Part shown: positions 51,760-64,000 of the stretch, in pieces | Position numbering within the stretch: position 1 is the first letter of the stretch | Layout of the letters: the number at the start of each line of letters is the position of its first letter | Assembly (NCBI GenBank): GCA_964016885.1 | Contig: OZ024740.1 | Location: 76,570,001 to 76,634,000 of the forward strand | Source: Eledone cirrhosa | Lineage: Eukaryota | Direction of reading: 5' to 3' | Length of the DNA stretch: 64,000 nt | Position numbers and translations under genes: made by a program | Notes under the pieces: model-generated | Told to the model about the DNA's origin: nothing | The model's input: only the letters and a program-made list of their open reading frames with translations | The model's database searches: none

Positions 51760-54085
51760 GGGTAATAGTGTGAGAAGGTTCATAGTGGTAGTGGTAGTGG
51801 TGGTAGTTGTGGTGATGTAGTGTTGGAGATTGTAGTGGTGGTAGTTGTAGTGGTGGTTGTAGTGGTAGTTGTAATCGTGTTTGTGGTAGTGGTGGTTGTA
51901 GTGGGGTTTGCGGCAGTGGTAGTGGTTGTGGTGGTGATGGTAGTGAAGTTGATGGCGGTAGTGGTAATGTGGTGCTTTTAGTGTTGGTAATGGTGTTGGT
52001 AGTAGGGTTGGTGGTAGTGGTGGTTGTAGTAGTGGTGGTGATAGTGGTTATGATGGTGGTTATGGTAATAGTGGTAAGGTTCGTGGTGGTGGTGGTGGTG
52101 GCAGTGGTTGTAGTAGTGGTGGTAGTAGTGGTTGTGATGGTGGTTATGGTAATAGTGGTAAGGTTCATGGTGGTAGTAATGAAGGAGGTGGAGGAAAAGG
52201 AACAGGTGGTTGTGATGATGGTGGTGGTGGTTGTGGTTGTGGTGGTGGTTTCGGTGGTGATGGTCGTGGTCGTGGTTGTGGTCGTGGTCGTGGTTGTGGT
52301 AGTGGTGGTGGTTGTGGTGGTGGTGGTGGTGGTGGTGGCTGTTGTAGTGTTGGTAGTTGTAGTAGTGGTGGTGGTATGGGGTGGGGGTGGCTGTTGTGGT
52401 GGTGGTGGTGGTTGTGGTAGTGGTGGTGGTGGCGGTGGTGTTAGGGGTGGTGGTTGTGGTGGAGGTGGTGGTGGTGGCTGTTGTGGTGGTGGTGTTGGTG
52501 GTTGTGGTGGTTGTGGTAGTGGTGGTGGTGGTGGCGGTAGTGGTGGTGGTTGTGGTGGAGGTGGTGGTGCTGGTGGCTGTTGTAGTAGTGGTGAAAGGAT
52601 CTCTTCGTAATAAAGTGTGGGAAATAAATGTGACAAACGATTTATGGCAGTAAAAATACAAAAAATAAAAATACATTTGTATTAAAAAAAACGTATAATT
52701 GCCAAGTGATGGCCTTTTAAATTCACGACTAAAACATTAGATTTGTGGTTCTGTAATCTATATCGATAGACATATGCTTCGTGGCAGTGGTGGTGGTGGT
52801 GGTGGCGGCGGTGGTGGTAGTGGTGGGGATGGTGACGATGGTGGTGAGGCTGGTTGTGAATATAGTAGTGGTGGTGGTAGAGAAGGTGAGGGTGATTGCA
52901 ATAAGGCATATGATAGTGGTTTCGGAGGTGATTGTATTGGTGGGTGTAAGTGGGTGTGTTGGTGGCTTGTAGTGACAGTAATGGTGTCATTGGAGGATGA
53001 GAGGGTTGTGTGAAGGAGGTAATGGTAGTTGGTTTTAATAATTCTTACATTGATCATGATCATCGTTGCGTCGGTGGTGGTGGTGGTGGTGGTGCTGGTG
53101 GCATTGGTACCAAGAGAGGTTTTATATAGTGGTGGTGGAGAAACGTTGTGTGAGACAGCGGTGGTGGTTGTCAAGGTGACTATAGTGTTGGTAGTGGTTG
53201 TTATAGTGATAGCGGTGGATGTAGTTTTGGTTGTGGTTGTGGTTGTAAGTGACGGTGGTTGTTGTAGTGATAGCGGTGGATGTAGTTATACTGTTGGCGG
53301 TTGTAGAAATGGTGATGTTGGTTGTAGTGATGATGGTGGCGGTTGTGATGGTAGCTGTGGTTGTGGTTGTGTCTGTGTTTATGATGGTGTCTGTGGTTAT
53401 GATGGTGCCTGTGGTTGTGGTGGTGGCTGTGGTTGTGGTGGTGGCTGTAGTTGTGAAGGTGGCTGTGGTTGTGGTGGTGGTTGTGGTTATGATGGTGGCT
53501 GTGGTTGTGGTGGTGGCTGAGTCTGTGGTGGTGGCTGTAGTTGTGAAGGTGGCTGTGGTTGTGGTGGTGGCTGTGGTTATGATGGTGGCTGTGGTTGTGG
53601 TGGTGGCTGTGGTTGTGGTGGTGGCTGTGGTTATGGTGGTGGCTGCGGTTGTGGTGGTGGATGTGATTATGGCAGCATTAAAGAGTGGGGAGAGGGGCGC
53701 AGTGGAAAATAGACCTGAATGGTGAGGTGATAGATTTCCGTATTACATACTCAGGCACAACATATAAACTTTCTCACGGATTCATTCATAGGAAATGTTC
53801 AATAATTATCCAAGCCATTATCACAATATGACATTCCTTCACATCTTGCATCGGACAAAACTCATTCAGATATTTCCTACCTGAAAACAAATATACTGAT
53901 AGTTATTGTTGTTGTTGTTGGTATTGTAGTAGTTGTTGTTGATGATGGTGGTTGAAATGGTGGTGGATATGGGAGTGTGGTGGTGGTGGGGGTGGAGTGT
54001 GGTGGTGGTAGTGGTTATTGGTGTTGTTGTTGTTGGTGGTGGCGGTGGTGTTGTTGCTGTTGCTGGTGTTGTTGCTGCTGTTTAT
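51760..54085 (+). repeat. Extended (GGT/TGT/AGT)n low-complexity region including an 18-bp minisatellite at ~53335-53665
   Basis: Visible directly. Unit GGTGGCTGTGGTTGTGGT. Confidence 0.9.
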
Positions 54086-54147
54086 TGTTTAACCCTGGGC
54101 CAAATCTGATTGAGTAGAGATAAGTTTAATGACGTTCCTCCACTGAC

Positions 54148-54241
<94 letters not shown>

Positions 54242-54769
54242 TGTGTGTGTGTGTGCGCGTAGGTGTGTTTGCGTGCCGCCTACATAATTTACATATTTTA
54301 TGAAGTTTAAATTCATTTAAAGGAAATGCTTTAAAAGAAAGTTTTAATGATAATGAAAGCTTCGATGTATGAACACATCTTTTCCGAAATAATAATAATT
54401 AAGTAACTATGATGACATAAAGAGTTTTTATAGTTTTTGGTTGTTTTTTTTTCAAAGTTGTCCTGAACGTTCAAAGTAACTCCGGTTTACGGTAAAAAAA
54501 AACCAAAAGTTTTACCCCCACAGTGTACATTGGCACTACATATATTCTGAAATACATTTGATTTTCGATTGCGAACAGATGTATTATTCCGTGATATGTA
54601 GATAGTCACAGATTGGTTTTGAGCATCCTTGCTCAAAACCAAACTGTTATTTCTAAATTGAGGGTATTGTTATCATTATAGCGAAGAACTGATGCTGTTC
54701 GGATATAGGACCGACTGTAGTATGATATAGATATGGGATTGGACATTGGTCACTTCCGTCAACAAATCT

Positions 54770-55060
54770 TCCAGTTGTTTGAACAATGGAATAGCTTCAT
54801 CGCAAAATTAATGTGAAAAACTGGCTGAGTATCCCTCAGTCCTGTGTATTTTTAACGAAGTTTTCAGGCAGACTCAGCGAGGTACAGTAGGCGACAAGGC
54901 CGGCTCCTTGTATGACAGGTTTGCGTAATTTTTGCCGCCTCAGTGAACTGCAGCAACGTGGAACAAAGTATCTTTCTCAAGAGCACAACACCCCGCAAGG
55001 AATCGATCTCACAACTTTACGATAGTGAGCAGAACACCATAATCAATGCCACATGTACCT
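54770..55060 (-). mobile_element. Degenerate CORE-SINE
   Basis: Reverse of the head/CORE region: GCAACGTGGAACAAAGTATCTTTCTCAAG..GGAATCGA. Confidence 0.6.
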
Positions 55061-55678
55061 CCACGTTGCGGATATACATAATATAAATATATACTTTGAA
55101 TATGATGCTGATGATCCGAAATGTTCCCATCTTATTATCCGGACACATATTGAAGGAGAACATTGTAGAGTCAGTGAATTATTGGGTTAGTTATACTTAT
55201 GCTATTACATATATCTCTATAGTAATGATTGTATTGAATTTTTAACTGTCACGCGAACACTTCGGTCCTACAAAAATGTTCTAAAATTATATTAAGAATC
55301 CATGGATTTTAAGACAAAAACGTGTGAAGTGGCAGTTTTCTAAATATTCTGAAATGTGTCATCTGTCAATGGTTTTTGTCTACCTGTCTCCTTCCTTCTC
55401 TCTCCATATCTATTTATGAGAGTGTATATATATATATATATGTGTGTGTGTGGGGGGGGGGGTAGTCAGCTAGGCTTAAAATGCCCAAGAAACGCCGTAT
55501 GTCACTACGGTGCCCCGACGACCCCATCAGGTGATAGAGGGCACTAGAGGAAGAAGACGATATATATATATATTAGCAGAAGTAGAATAAGAAATATATA
55601 TGTATGTATGTATGTAGATATAGATATTTATATGTATGTGTGTGTGTACATATATTTATATATATACATATGTATATA

Positions 55679-55742
<64 letters not shown>

Positions 55743-55981
55743 AACTAAATATTATACAGACTAAAATCCCTATTTCACTGAGCTTCATTTATACAAATTA
55801 CGTTTTGGTATATATACAAATTATATTTAGGTATAATAATATATAGTATATTAAATCTTATTAGCATAGTAAGCAAAGTACACATTTAATAGAAAACATA
55901 ATTTTACTTACAAATTGCATAGACCGTGGCTTCATTTGACCAAGTAAAATAGCAATTATCAATATTAAAATGGTCAATTAG

Positions 55982-56013
<32 letters not shown>

Positions 56014-56712
56014 TAAAGTTAGTCCTTCATCAGTGATCTTCCAACCTTCATTGGTATTTCATCGCTTTAAAGACGATATACCTCCGGCTGGTGCGAGCAA
56101 CGGCTAAAGAAAGTTGTTGGGACACGTAAATAAGGGGAACGAGCGAGACTGTAAACAATCAAAGATGGTAATGCAACGAAAAGTGAGGAAGAAGGAGTCA
56201 AGTCCCAGAATTCTATGAATATAAGTTCTGTGAAATCGTGGACGATATATATATATATATAAAGAATGAATAATAACAGGTAGACATCATAAAAAAAGGT
56301 AATTTATTCCGAGTGCTTACAAATGTTTCAACAGTAGTTATACAGCCTAGTCATGCTATGTGCAAATTGGTAATTATTTGTAATTATTTGCAGAAACTCA
56401 ATTTTCAAATGCTGCTTCAGAGCAGAATGGTTAAATAGTTTCTTCAACTATTCTTCCATAACTCGTTGAGTAACCCCTCACTGTACGTCAACTCTATCTA
56501 GTGTAGTAATTAACCACTATTGCATTCAGGATAATAGATACAGTAACGGTAAAACTCACTTATAATAATTCTTTACACACATCTCACTGTGTAACACACT
56601 TCTCTTTGTGTAATATATTTGCTTTTGAGCTCAGAAGAAAATTCTATATTCTTCTTTGAGCTAATATTATTATTATTACTGTGAACTGCGGAATACTCTT
56701 AATTCCGATATT

Positions 56713-56755
<43 letters not shown>

Positions 56756-56833
56756 TAACTAATATATATATATATATATATTGCTATACTTGGGGAGGGT
56801 CATGTTGTTATAATATTGCCAGAAATATATAAT

Positions 56834-57023
56834 TGTTTCTACTTTTGGCACAAGGCCAGCAATTTCCCAGTGTATTACTGGTACTTTATTTTATCGACCC
56901 CCGTAAGGATGAAAGGCAAAGTTAACCTCGGCGGGATTTGAACTCAGAATGGCAAGGGCCGTATATCTATGCGTCAAAGCATGGCGTCCGACCCTCTACC
57001 GATACTGCCAATTCACCGCCCTA
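56834..57023 (-). mobile_element. Full-length young Meta-like tRNA SINE with TSD
   Basis: Consensus-like copy. Direct repeat GCCAGAAATATATAAT at 56818 and 57039. A further + fragment lies at 57082-57192. Confidence 0.88.
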
Positions 57024-59509
57024 ATATATAATAAAACCGCCAGAAATATATAATAAAACTCAGTTTGGTTTGTGTTGGTTGTCATCCTTAAGGGGTCGAT
57101 AAAATAAAGCACCAGTAATGCACTGGGGTCAATTTAATCGACATTCCCCTCCCTCAAAATAGCTGGCCTTGTTCCTATAATAGAAATCCTTATTTAGTGT
57201 TATATCCTTATAATGATTAAATCCATTCTAACCGTACCATTCCCATCTCCTTCACAGACACTGTTCATTGAAGACCACACCAAATAATAAAGTGAAGGTT
57301 TTTTTTGTCTAATATGGTAGGATGCGATTTTTTACAAATTTATTTGCTAATATTATTGTTTATTAATCCCAGTCAAAACCTAATGAAACCGACCTTTGAT
57401 AAAAAAAACCTTCTAATCGTGATAATTCCGTTTCTTATTCATTACTTTCAAGAATACATTATCTCGCCTGTACCAACCAAGCACAGCATCGCACATAACA
57501 CTCACTATTTTTAGTTCGGTGGACTGGGCAATTTTGAAGTAAATTAATGCTAGTATATTTAATGCAGAGAACATTTCAAAGATAACTGGAAATAATTATT
57601 TGGTGCGTAAGTAAAATATTACATATTTACTAATATTATTTTGATTTTATCGCTAAATGTGGCAAACAATTCTGGGTATGTTTCGATTTTATGAGACTTC
57701 ATCAGAAAAGCATGGATTCACCATACTTACCGTAGGAATAAGAGAATCATTGTATAGGTATACAATAATCCACTATACAAGGTTCCAAATTTTATTTTGT
57801 CACGGAACCCATATCTGCTTTTACAGACAATCTCCATCATTCAATTATTTTTTGTAAGATATTAATTGAAACAATCTTTTTAAAGAGAATTTATTCATAT
57901 ATAAAAACAAATTTTTTTATCAAATTTTATCAAAAATACCTTATCTCGCGGAAGATTGGTGACTTTTCTAACCCGTTTTTTGGAAACACTAATCTATATA
58001 TGCAATACGGATACAACAAAGATGCCGGGAACAGGATACAATACTCCGATCTCTCGAAGAGATCTTACATCTAAGTAAAGAACAGGTGCATGAATCGCTG
58101 TCACGAGAACCAGGTATACAAATAACCGCTTAATTTCTCACTAAATACTGCCATGCTCTAAATGTTTTGCCTTGCAATAAGAATATCTAATAAAAAGGTT
58201 TATTTTGTCTTTCCATTCCTCACATTATCTTTTCCCTTTCATTTTTTTTTTACATCGTTTGAAGCAGCTGAAGGAGATGCATAGAATGTTCTGTTGACAC
58301 CATGGATACTAGCATCTTAAGCTACATAAATCGAGAAAGAAGCTGGAGGGAGCGATACTTTCTTCCCGAAAGAATGTTTGAAAAAAAAATCTGTCGGTAA
58401 AGCCAAAAGGAAAAGTTAGTATTTATGTTTAAAGTAGAGCGAAATATAGATTAACCGTCGTTCAGTACAACTCTTACTGTTTGACTTCAAAGAAAGAAGC
58501 AAAAAATATATAAAAAAATAAACATATCTAATTTCATTTTAAACAAAATATTACAGAGGGTGCTTTACTTTAAACAAACAGTTGTCTGTCTAGGTTTCCC
58601 GTTAAACACCGTTTATGGATTACCTTTTAACATAAATAAACTGTACGTATATTAGACTTTGCTTTGAAGATGTTGCTATGTTGTGGTTTTTTATTTTAAA
58701 TAAAACATCTTAACATCTACATTCTGAAGCCTATTACGTGCATAGTTTGTTTGAAGTACAACATGAAACCTATTATGAGCAATATTTGCTTTCTGTCTAA
58801 ATCAGTAGGTAAAGCTAGCTAGCTACACCGTGAACAGTCTTAAGTTTCCAGTGGTCCTCTGTCCTAAACATAGTAATGAAAATCAAACCATCCTGCCGTC
58901 TACACACACACACACACATACACACATCTAAAACTAACACACACAACGACTTTCCTCGGCTTAGTTCACAAGAGTGGATTGTGATTTAAGATATAAGGTG
59001 TAGAACAATGGTGTGTGTTCCAAAGAAGCAAGATAAATATTACTTTACCTATAGAAATTATGGTTTTTTGAAATCACGCAACTTTTTGTTTCACATATTC
59101 GTAGGATCCGAGACATATTATAATCATACTTGAATAAATTTATTTAACATTTTGAAATAATTTAATAATAGTATGAATTCTTTTTCTAATGTTACCATAA
59201 CAGTTTTACACGACACGTGATTAGTTCCTCAGTTCAATAATAACAATATGGTAGTAATTAAGTTCAAGGTATCAAAATCTAAACAAGCGAAGTCATCCAA
59301 AATGACATATATAAATAATTTACAACTCGTTGTGTAGGAGTAATTAGTCCTGTCACTGTGAATTACGATTGCAAACATCACCCGCATCGACTTTACCAAA
59401 ATTGTTGACACAGATACCAGTCATATTTTACAAGTGGCTCGTTCAATCAGCTATACACCCTTACACTAAATATATCTGAATATATAGCTTTTGTCCGAGC
59501 TATAAAGTA

Positions 59510-59613
59510 CCGTATTTCCCGTCGTAGAAGACGCTACTTTATTCCTGAAATAAGTCTCAAAAATCTACCATGCGTCCTGGAGGCCGAAGCGTCTTCGGCG
59601 CCAGGAAATACGG
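59510..59613. mobile_element. Tc1/mariner-pogo-type MITE
   Basis: ~26-bp imperfect TIRs CCGTATTTCC.G.CG..GAAGACGCT, flanked by TA. Confidence 0.8.
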
Positions 59614-59639
59614 TAAGTTATGACTTCAAGAGTCACAAA

Positions 59640-60540
59640 TAGTATGTGTTAGTTGGTGCTGCTAACAGATATATACAACATGTCTCTGATAGTGTTATAA
59701 ATTTTGATATAACTTGTGTCAGATCATACCTGATGTTAGAAATATCCTGTGTCAAATGAAAATATTAAGACGTAGCCAGAGAGAGATGCATCCTGTGATA
59801 TTAAGTAAAGTAAGATCCGATGTTGATATCAAGTTAGATTTTAACTTGTATCCAATCATACTTTTAAGTTCGACATAAGCTGTATCGGATGGCACTATAA
59901 AGGTAGACACATTCTGTGTCAGGTGATGTTATTATGACAGCATATTTAAGATGGTCCTGAGGCACACGGTCTCTGTTTTATTCTGTAAGGCATAGCCTAA
60001 TGCTATTATATAAGACCTAACCTGCACGTAATAGTGTTGCTGATATATGACATGGCTTGAGTATGTAATGGTGCTATTTTGCAAGTCGTAGCCAGTGTAT
60101 TATAGTGCTGTTATATAAGACCTAATCTCTGTTAAATGATGTTATTATGTAAGACATAGACTGTACCTGGTTGTAATATTATGTAAGACCTAAGCAGAGT
60201 TGGTGCTCGTAACATCCGGTAAGCTTTTGTCAGATTGTGCTTCCAGGCAATTCATAACGTCAGATGACACTATTATTACGTAAGATATAACCTTTGTGAT
60301 ATGTTGCTGTTAATTATGATATAACATCAGCTGGAACTATCAAGTAAGTAATAAAGTAAGTTAGGGCTATTAGATAAGGTGAAAACCTAGATGTTACTAT
60401 AACTTTAGATATCGCCCATGTCTGATGGTTCAATTAAGTAAATCATAGCCTGTGTTGTATTGTGCTATAATTCACGATGTATTATATGTTATATCGGGGA
60501 CTATTATATGATATATCAGAGATTACGTTATACAGGAGGC
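59640..60540 (+). repeat. Highly diverged 34-bp minisatellite
   Basis: Units such as GACCTAATCTCTGTTAAATGATGTTATTATGTAA and GACATAGACTGTACCTGGTTGTAATATTATGTAA. Confidence 0.7.
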
Positions 60541-60630
60541 TGTGATATGAAGGAGATTTAGCTACGCTTGGATAATAAGAAAATGTTTATGTAAGTATAC
60601 CTACAATTACTTTTTATTATAACTCACTGA

Positions 60631-61250
60631 GGGCGGTGGATTGGCAATATCGGTAGAGCGTCGGAGAACATACTTTGCGGCGTATAGTTAAGCTCCTTTA
60701 GGTTCTGAGTTCAAATCCCACTGCGGTTAGCTTTGCTTTTCATCCTTAAGGGGCCGATAAAATAAAATACCAGTAACGCACTGAGGTCAATTTAATCGAC
60801 TTACCCCTCCCTAAAATTGTTGGCCTCGTGCCTAAATCAGAAACCATTATTTTATGGCAGTGGAGTGGGAGTATCATTTGAGCGTCAAACAACATGCTTT
60901 GGGGCATAGTGTTACAGACCTTTACGTTCTGAGTTCAAGTCCCACCAAAAATAACTTTGCCTTTCATCCTCACGGGTTCGATAGAATAAAGTACCAGTAA
61001 CGTACTGTGGTCGATTTAATCGACTTTCTCTTTCGCGTCAAATTTCTGACCTTGTGCCAACATTTGAAACAATTACAATTCACTGATGATTGTTTTTGAG
61101 GTGTAGGTGGTGATGGCGATAATGGTAAAGGGCGGGAGATTAGTAGATTCGTTAGGGCGTTGGGCAAAAAACATTTCGGTATTTAGTTACGGTGGAAGTT
61201 AAATTTGTCTTACATAGTTCCGGGGTCGATAAAATAAAGTACCATTCAAG
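60631..61250 (+). mobile_element. Three tandem Meta-like SINE copies of decreasing integrity
   Basis: Heads at ~60631, ~60856 and ~61131, each followed by the core G.GGTCGATAAAATAAAGTACC. Confidence 0.8.
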
Positions 61251-61814
61251 TAATGAAGGTTGGCAAAATTGGCTTTCCCACCAAGCTGTTAATAAGGAAA
61301 TAATTATAATTGTCATTGCGAGTTGTAAGCAAAAGAAAACATTTTAAAATAATTTTTGCCTTAAAAACACATTAGGATTGTTTTTACTTTTTCTATTTTT
61401 ATATGAACAATGAATATACAAAGAAATTGATAGCGTATACGTATCAAACACAAATTAACACTTAAACGCCCAATCCAGTTTGCATAACTCAGCACCTATA
61501 GCGATGCGTTTAATGAATATTGGATGATCTGAAGTTATTAATGTAAGTATGCCTAGAACTTCTCCTATATAATTATTAACCACGCAGTGAAATGTGATAT
61601 GAAAAATGAACTTACATTTGTTTACAACTCGCGATGAGGCTTATAATTAAAAAAAATACATTTGACTACATTAAAATTGTGAGATTATCCAATGAATGGG
61701 TTTTGTGCAGAGCATGATTAATAAATGCATACACACACACACACATATATATATAAATATATGTATATATATATATATATATACATGTATATATACATAT
61801 ATATATATATATAC

Positions 61815-61889
<75 letters not shown>

Positions 61890-62017
61890 CACAGACACAC
61901 ACATATATATATATACACATACACACACACACATATATATAAATATATATAATTATATATATATATATATATTTATATGCATATATATATCTATATATAA
62001 ATATGTGCATATGCACT

Positions 62018-62129
<112 letters not shown>

Positions 62130-62374
62130 ACTACACATTTATGTACACATACTTGCATACATACACACTTATTTATAGACATGGCTGCCTTATTAAGTAG
62201 ATCACTTCGCAATCATGTGGTTTGGGGTTCAGACCCACTATGTGGAACCTCAATAAGTGTCCTCTAATCTACCTTTGAGACTGAAATTTCAGAGGGAAAC
62301 TCGTCAAAAACCGTGTATACCAGAGGAGGTAAGTCGTCGAAAGCGCTAAGATCGCGATCGATTCTCTACTTTCA

Positions 62375-62431
<57 letters not shown>

Positions 62432-62455
62432 AAGGGTGTGGGAAATACCAGGTGG

Positions 62456-62504
<49 letters not shown>

Positions 62505-62745
62505 ATTATTATTAGAAAGTGAGTTTTTTTTTTGCAAAATGAAAAATAACCGAGGTGTCCTACACGAATGAAAGTATAAGGAAAAAAGATGAAATCGAAA
62601 ATGCAACTGGAGTCTTTTTTAAAAAAAAAAAAAATTTATTTGGTTCCTTTACCGGTTTCCCAGTTCTTCTGTGATGGAGGGTCTGTGGTTTTTCTCACCA
62701 CAGACCTTCCATCTCAATTCTACTTTATATATATATATCTTTATA

Positions 62746-62781
<36 letters not shown>

Positions 62782-62786
62782 TGTAT

Positions 62787-64000
62787 GTCAGGTCACCAGT
62801 TGGTGCTACTGGTAACATGTATTCCAGTACAACCTGTCCCATGGTCGGGTCGTTGGCGACTAAACTGGCAACCCCACCAAGGTTTCTTGGTGAGGAGGGT
62901 GACTTTGGACATCCTGCAGGACTAAAAACAAAACCTGTCAAAAGGCAAAGGAGCTCTTAAGAGTCAATGGCCATCCAAAATCACCGGGAGAGATGACCCC
63001 TTAGCCTTTGTCAAGGCAGAATTCTAGGAGAAGGAAAACTCTGATATAACACCTGCAACCCTGATGGTATCCAATGATGTTGACTTGTTCTTCTTTTTGG
63101 TAAATATCATCTTGGTTAAGAGAGTGGGACTGGCTTTGTGCAGTGCCTTTGCTCACTATAAAAGCTTCACGGCACAGGCATTGCTTTATATCTGGAGATC
63201 TCTCTGCATTTGTCGTCACATGGTACCATGGGCCCAGCACTATGTGTCAATAATTGTCACAAGTGTAGTGTTTGTACCAGAGCTTTCAAGTCGCTGGCTG
63301 GACTAAAAAGTCACACTCGTTCAGCGCATCAGTAGGGGTTCTCCTACATGGATATAAAGTAGTGGCCGTACTCGAAAACGAGTTGGCAGCCACCATGTAT
63401 GTATGTATGTATGTATGTCAGGTCACCAGCTTGTGCTACTAGTAACATGTATCCCAGTACAACCTGTCTCATGGTCGGGTCGTTGGCGACTAAACTGGCA
63501 ACCCCACCAAGGTTTCTTAGTGAGGAGGGTGACTTTGGACATCCTGCAGGACTAAAAGCAAAACATGTCAAAGGGTAAAGGAGCTCTTAAGAGTCAATGG
63601 CCATCCAAAATCACCGGGAGAGATGACCCCTTAGCCTTTGTCAAGGCAGAATTCTAGGAGAAGGAAAACTCTGATATAACACCTGCAACCCTGATGGTAT
63701 CCAATGATGTTGACTTGTTCTTCTTTTTGGTAAATATCATCTTGGTTAAGAGAGTGGGACTGGCTTTGTGCAGTGCCTTTGCTCACTATAAAAGCTTCAC
63801 GGCACAGGCATTGCTTTATATCTGGAGATCTCTCTGCACTTGTCGTCACAGGGTACCATGGGCCTAGCACTATGTGTCAATAATTGTCACAAGTGTAGTG
63901 TTTGTACCAGAGTTTTCAAGTCGCTGGCTGGACTAAAAGGTCACACTCGTTTAGCGCATCAGTAGGGGTTCTCCTACATGGATATAAAGTAGTGGCCGTA
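62787..64000 (+). mobile_element. Head-to-tail tandem of two RTE-derived ~610-bp elements (period 630 bp), second cut by the window end
   Basis: 62787-63395 and 63417-64000 are near-identical to 50338-50946 and are separated by (GTAT)n. Confidence 0.85.

Noticed and set aside
51503-52676. Long Pro/Thr/His-rich ORFs (mucin/extensin-like)
   Set aside because: Open frames arise from (ACC)n low complexity.
53029-53725. Gly/Cys-rich keratin- or chorion-like protein with in-frame TGA (possible selenocysteine)
   Set aside because: Translation of a GGT-derived 18-bp minisatellite. No credible start, signal peptide, splice sites or SECIS seen.
55105-55135. CTGATGA-TCC-GAAA hammerhead-like match
   Set aside because: There is no room for stem II, so it is likely chance.
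58000-58420. Possible host exons in less repetitive sequence
   Set aside because: Only short frames, no recognisable domain, and weak splice signals. Cannot be supported without RNA-seq.

Overview
AT-rich, microsatellite-dense eukaryotic (metazoan) DNA. The SINE types and repeat landscape suggest a cephalopod or other mollusc such as octopus (inference). I found no supportable host protein-coding exon, rRNA, true tRNA or CRISPR array. The window is a mosaic of transposable elements: a near full-length but decayed Tx1/L1-clade LINE inside a (TAA)n-associated pile of R4/Dong-like fragments; an internally deleted Helitron with both termini; two kinds of Penelope-like elements (PLEs); a deleted Gypsy LTR element; hAT (hATm-like) and Tc1/pogo-like MITEs; CRE and RTE relics; and more than 20 tRNA-derived SINE copies. 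The structure of most interest is non-coding. About a dozen hammerhead-ribozyme (HHR) motifs lie in PLE pseudo-LTR fragments lodged in (TA)n tracts. One 390-bp near-perfect palindrome carries a minimal HHR on each strand. A family of ~610-bp bipartite RTE-derived non-autonomous elements stacks into its own (GTAT)n tails. A cryptic, old 34-bp minisatellite is also present. Most listed ORFs are translation artefacts of simple repeats. All family assignments come from motifs read by eye; no database search was run.
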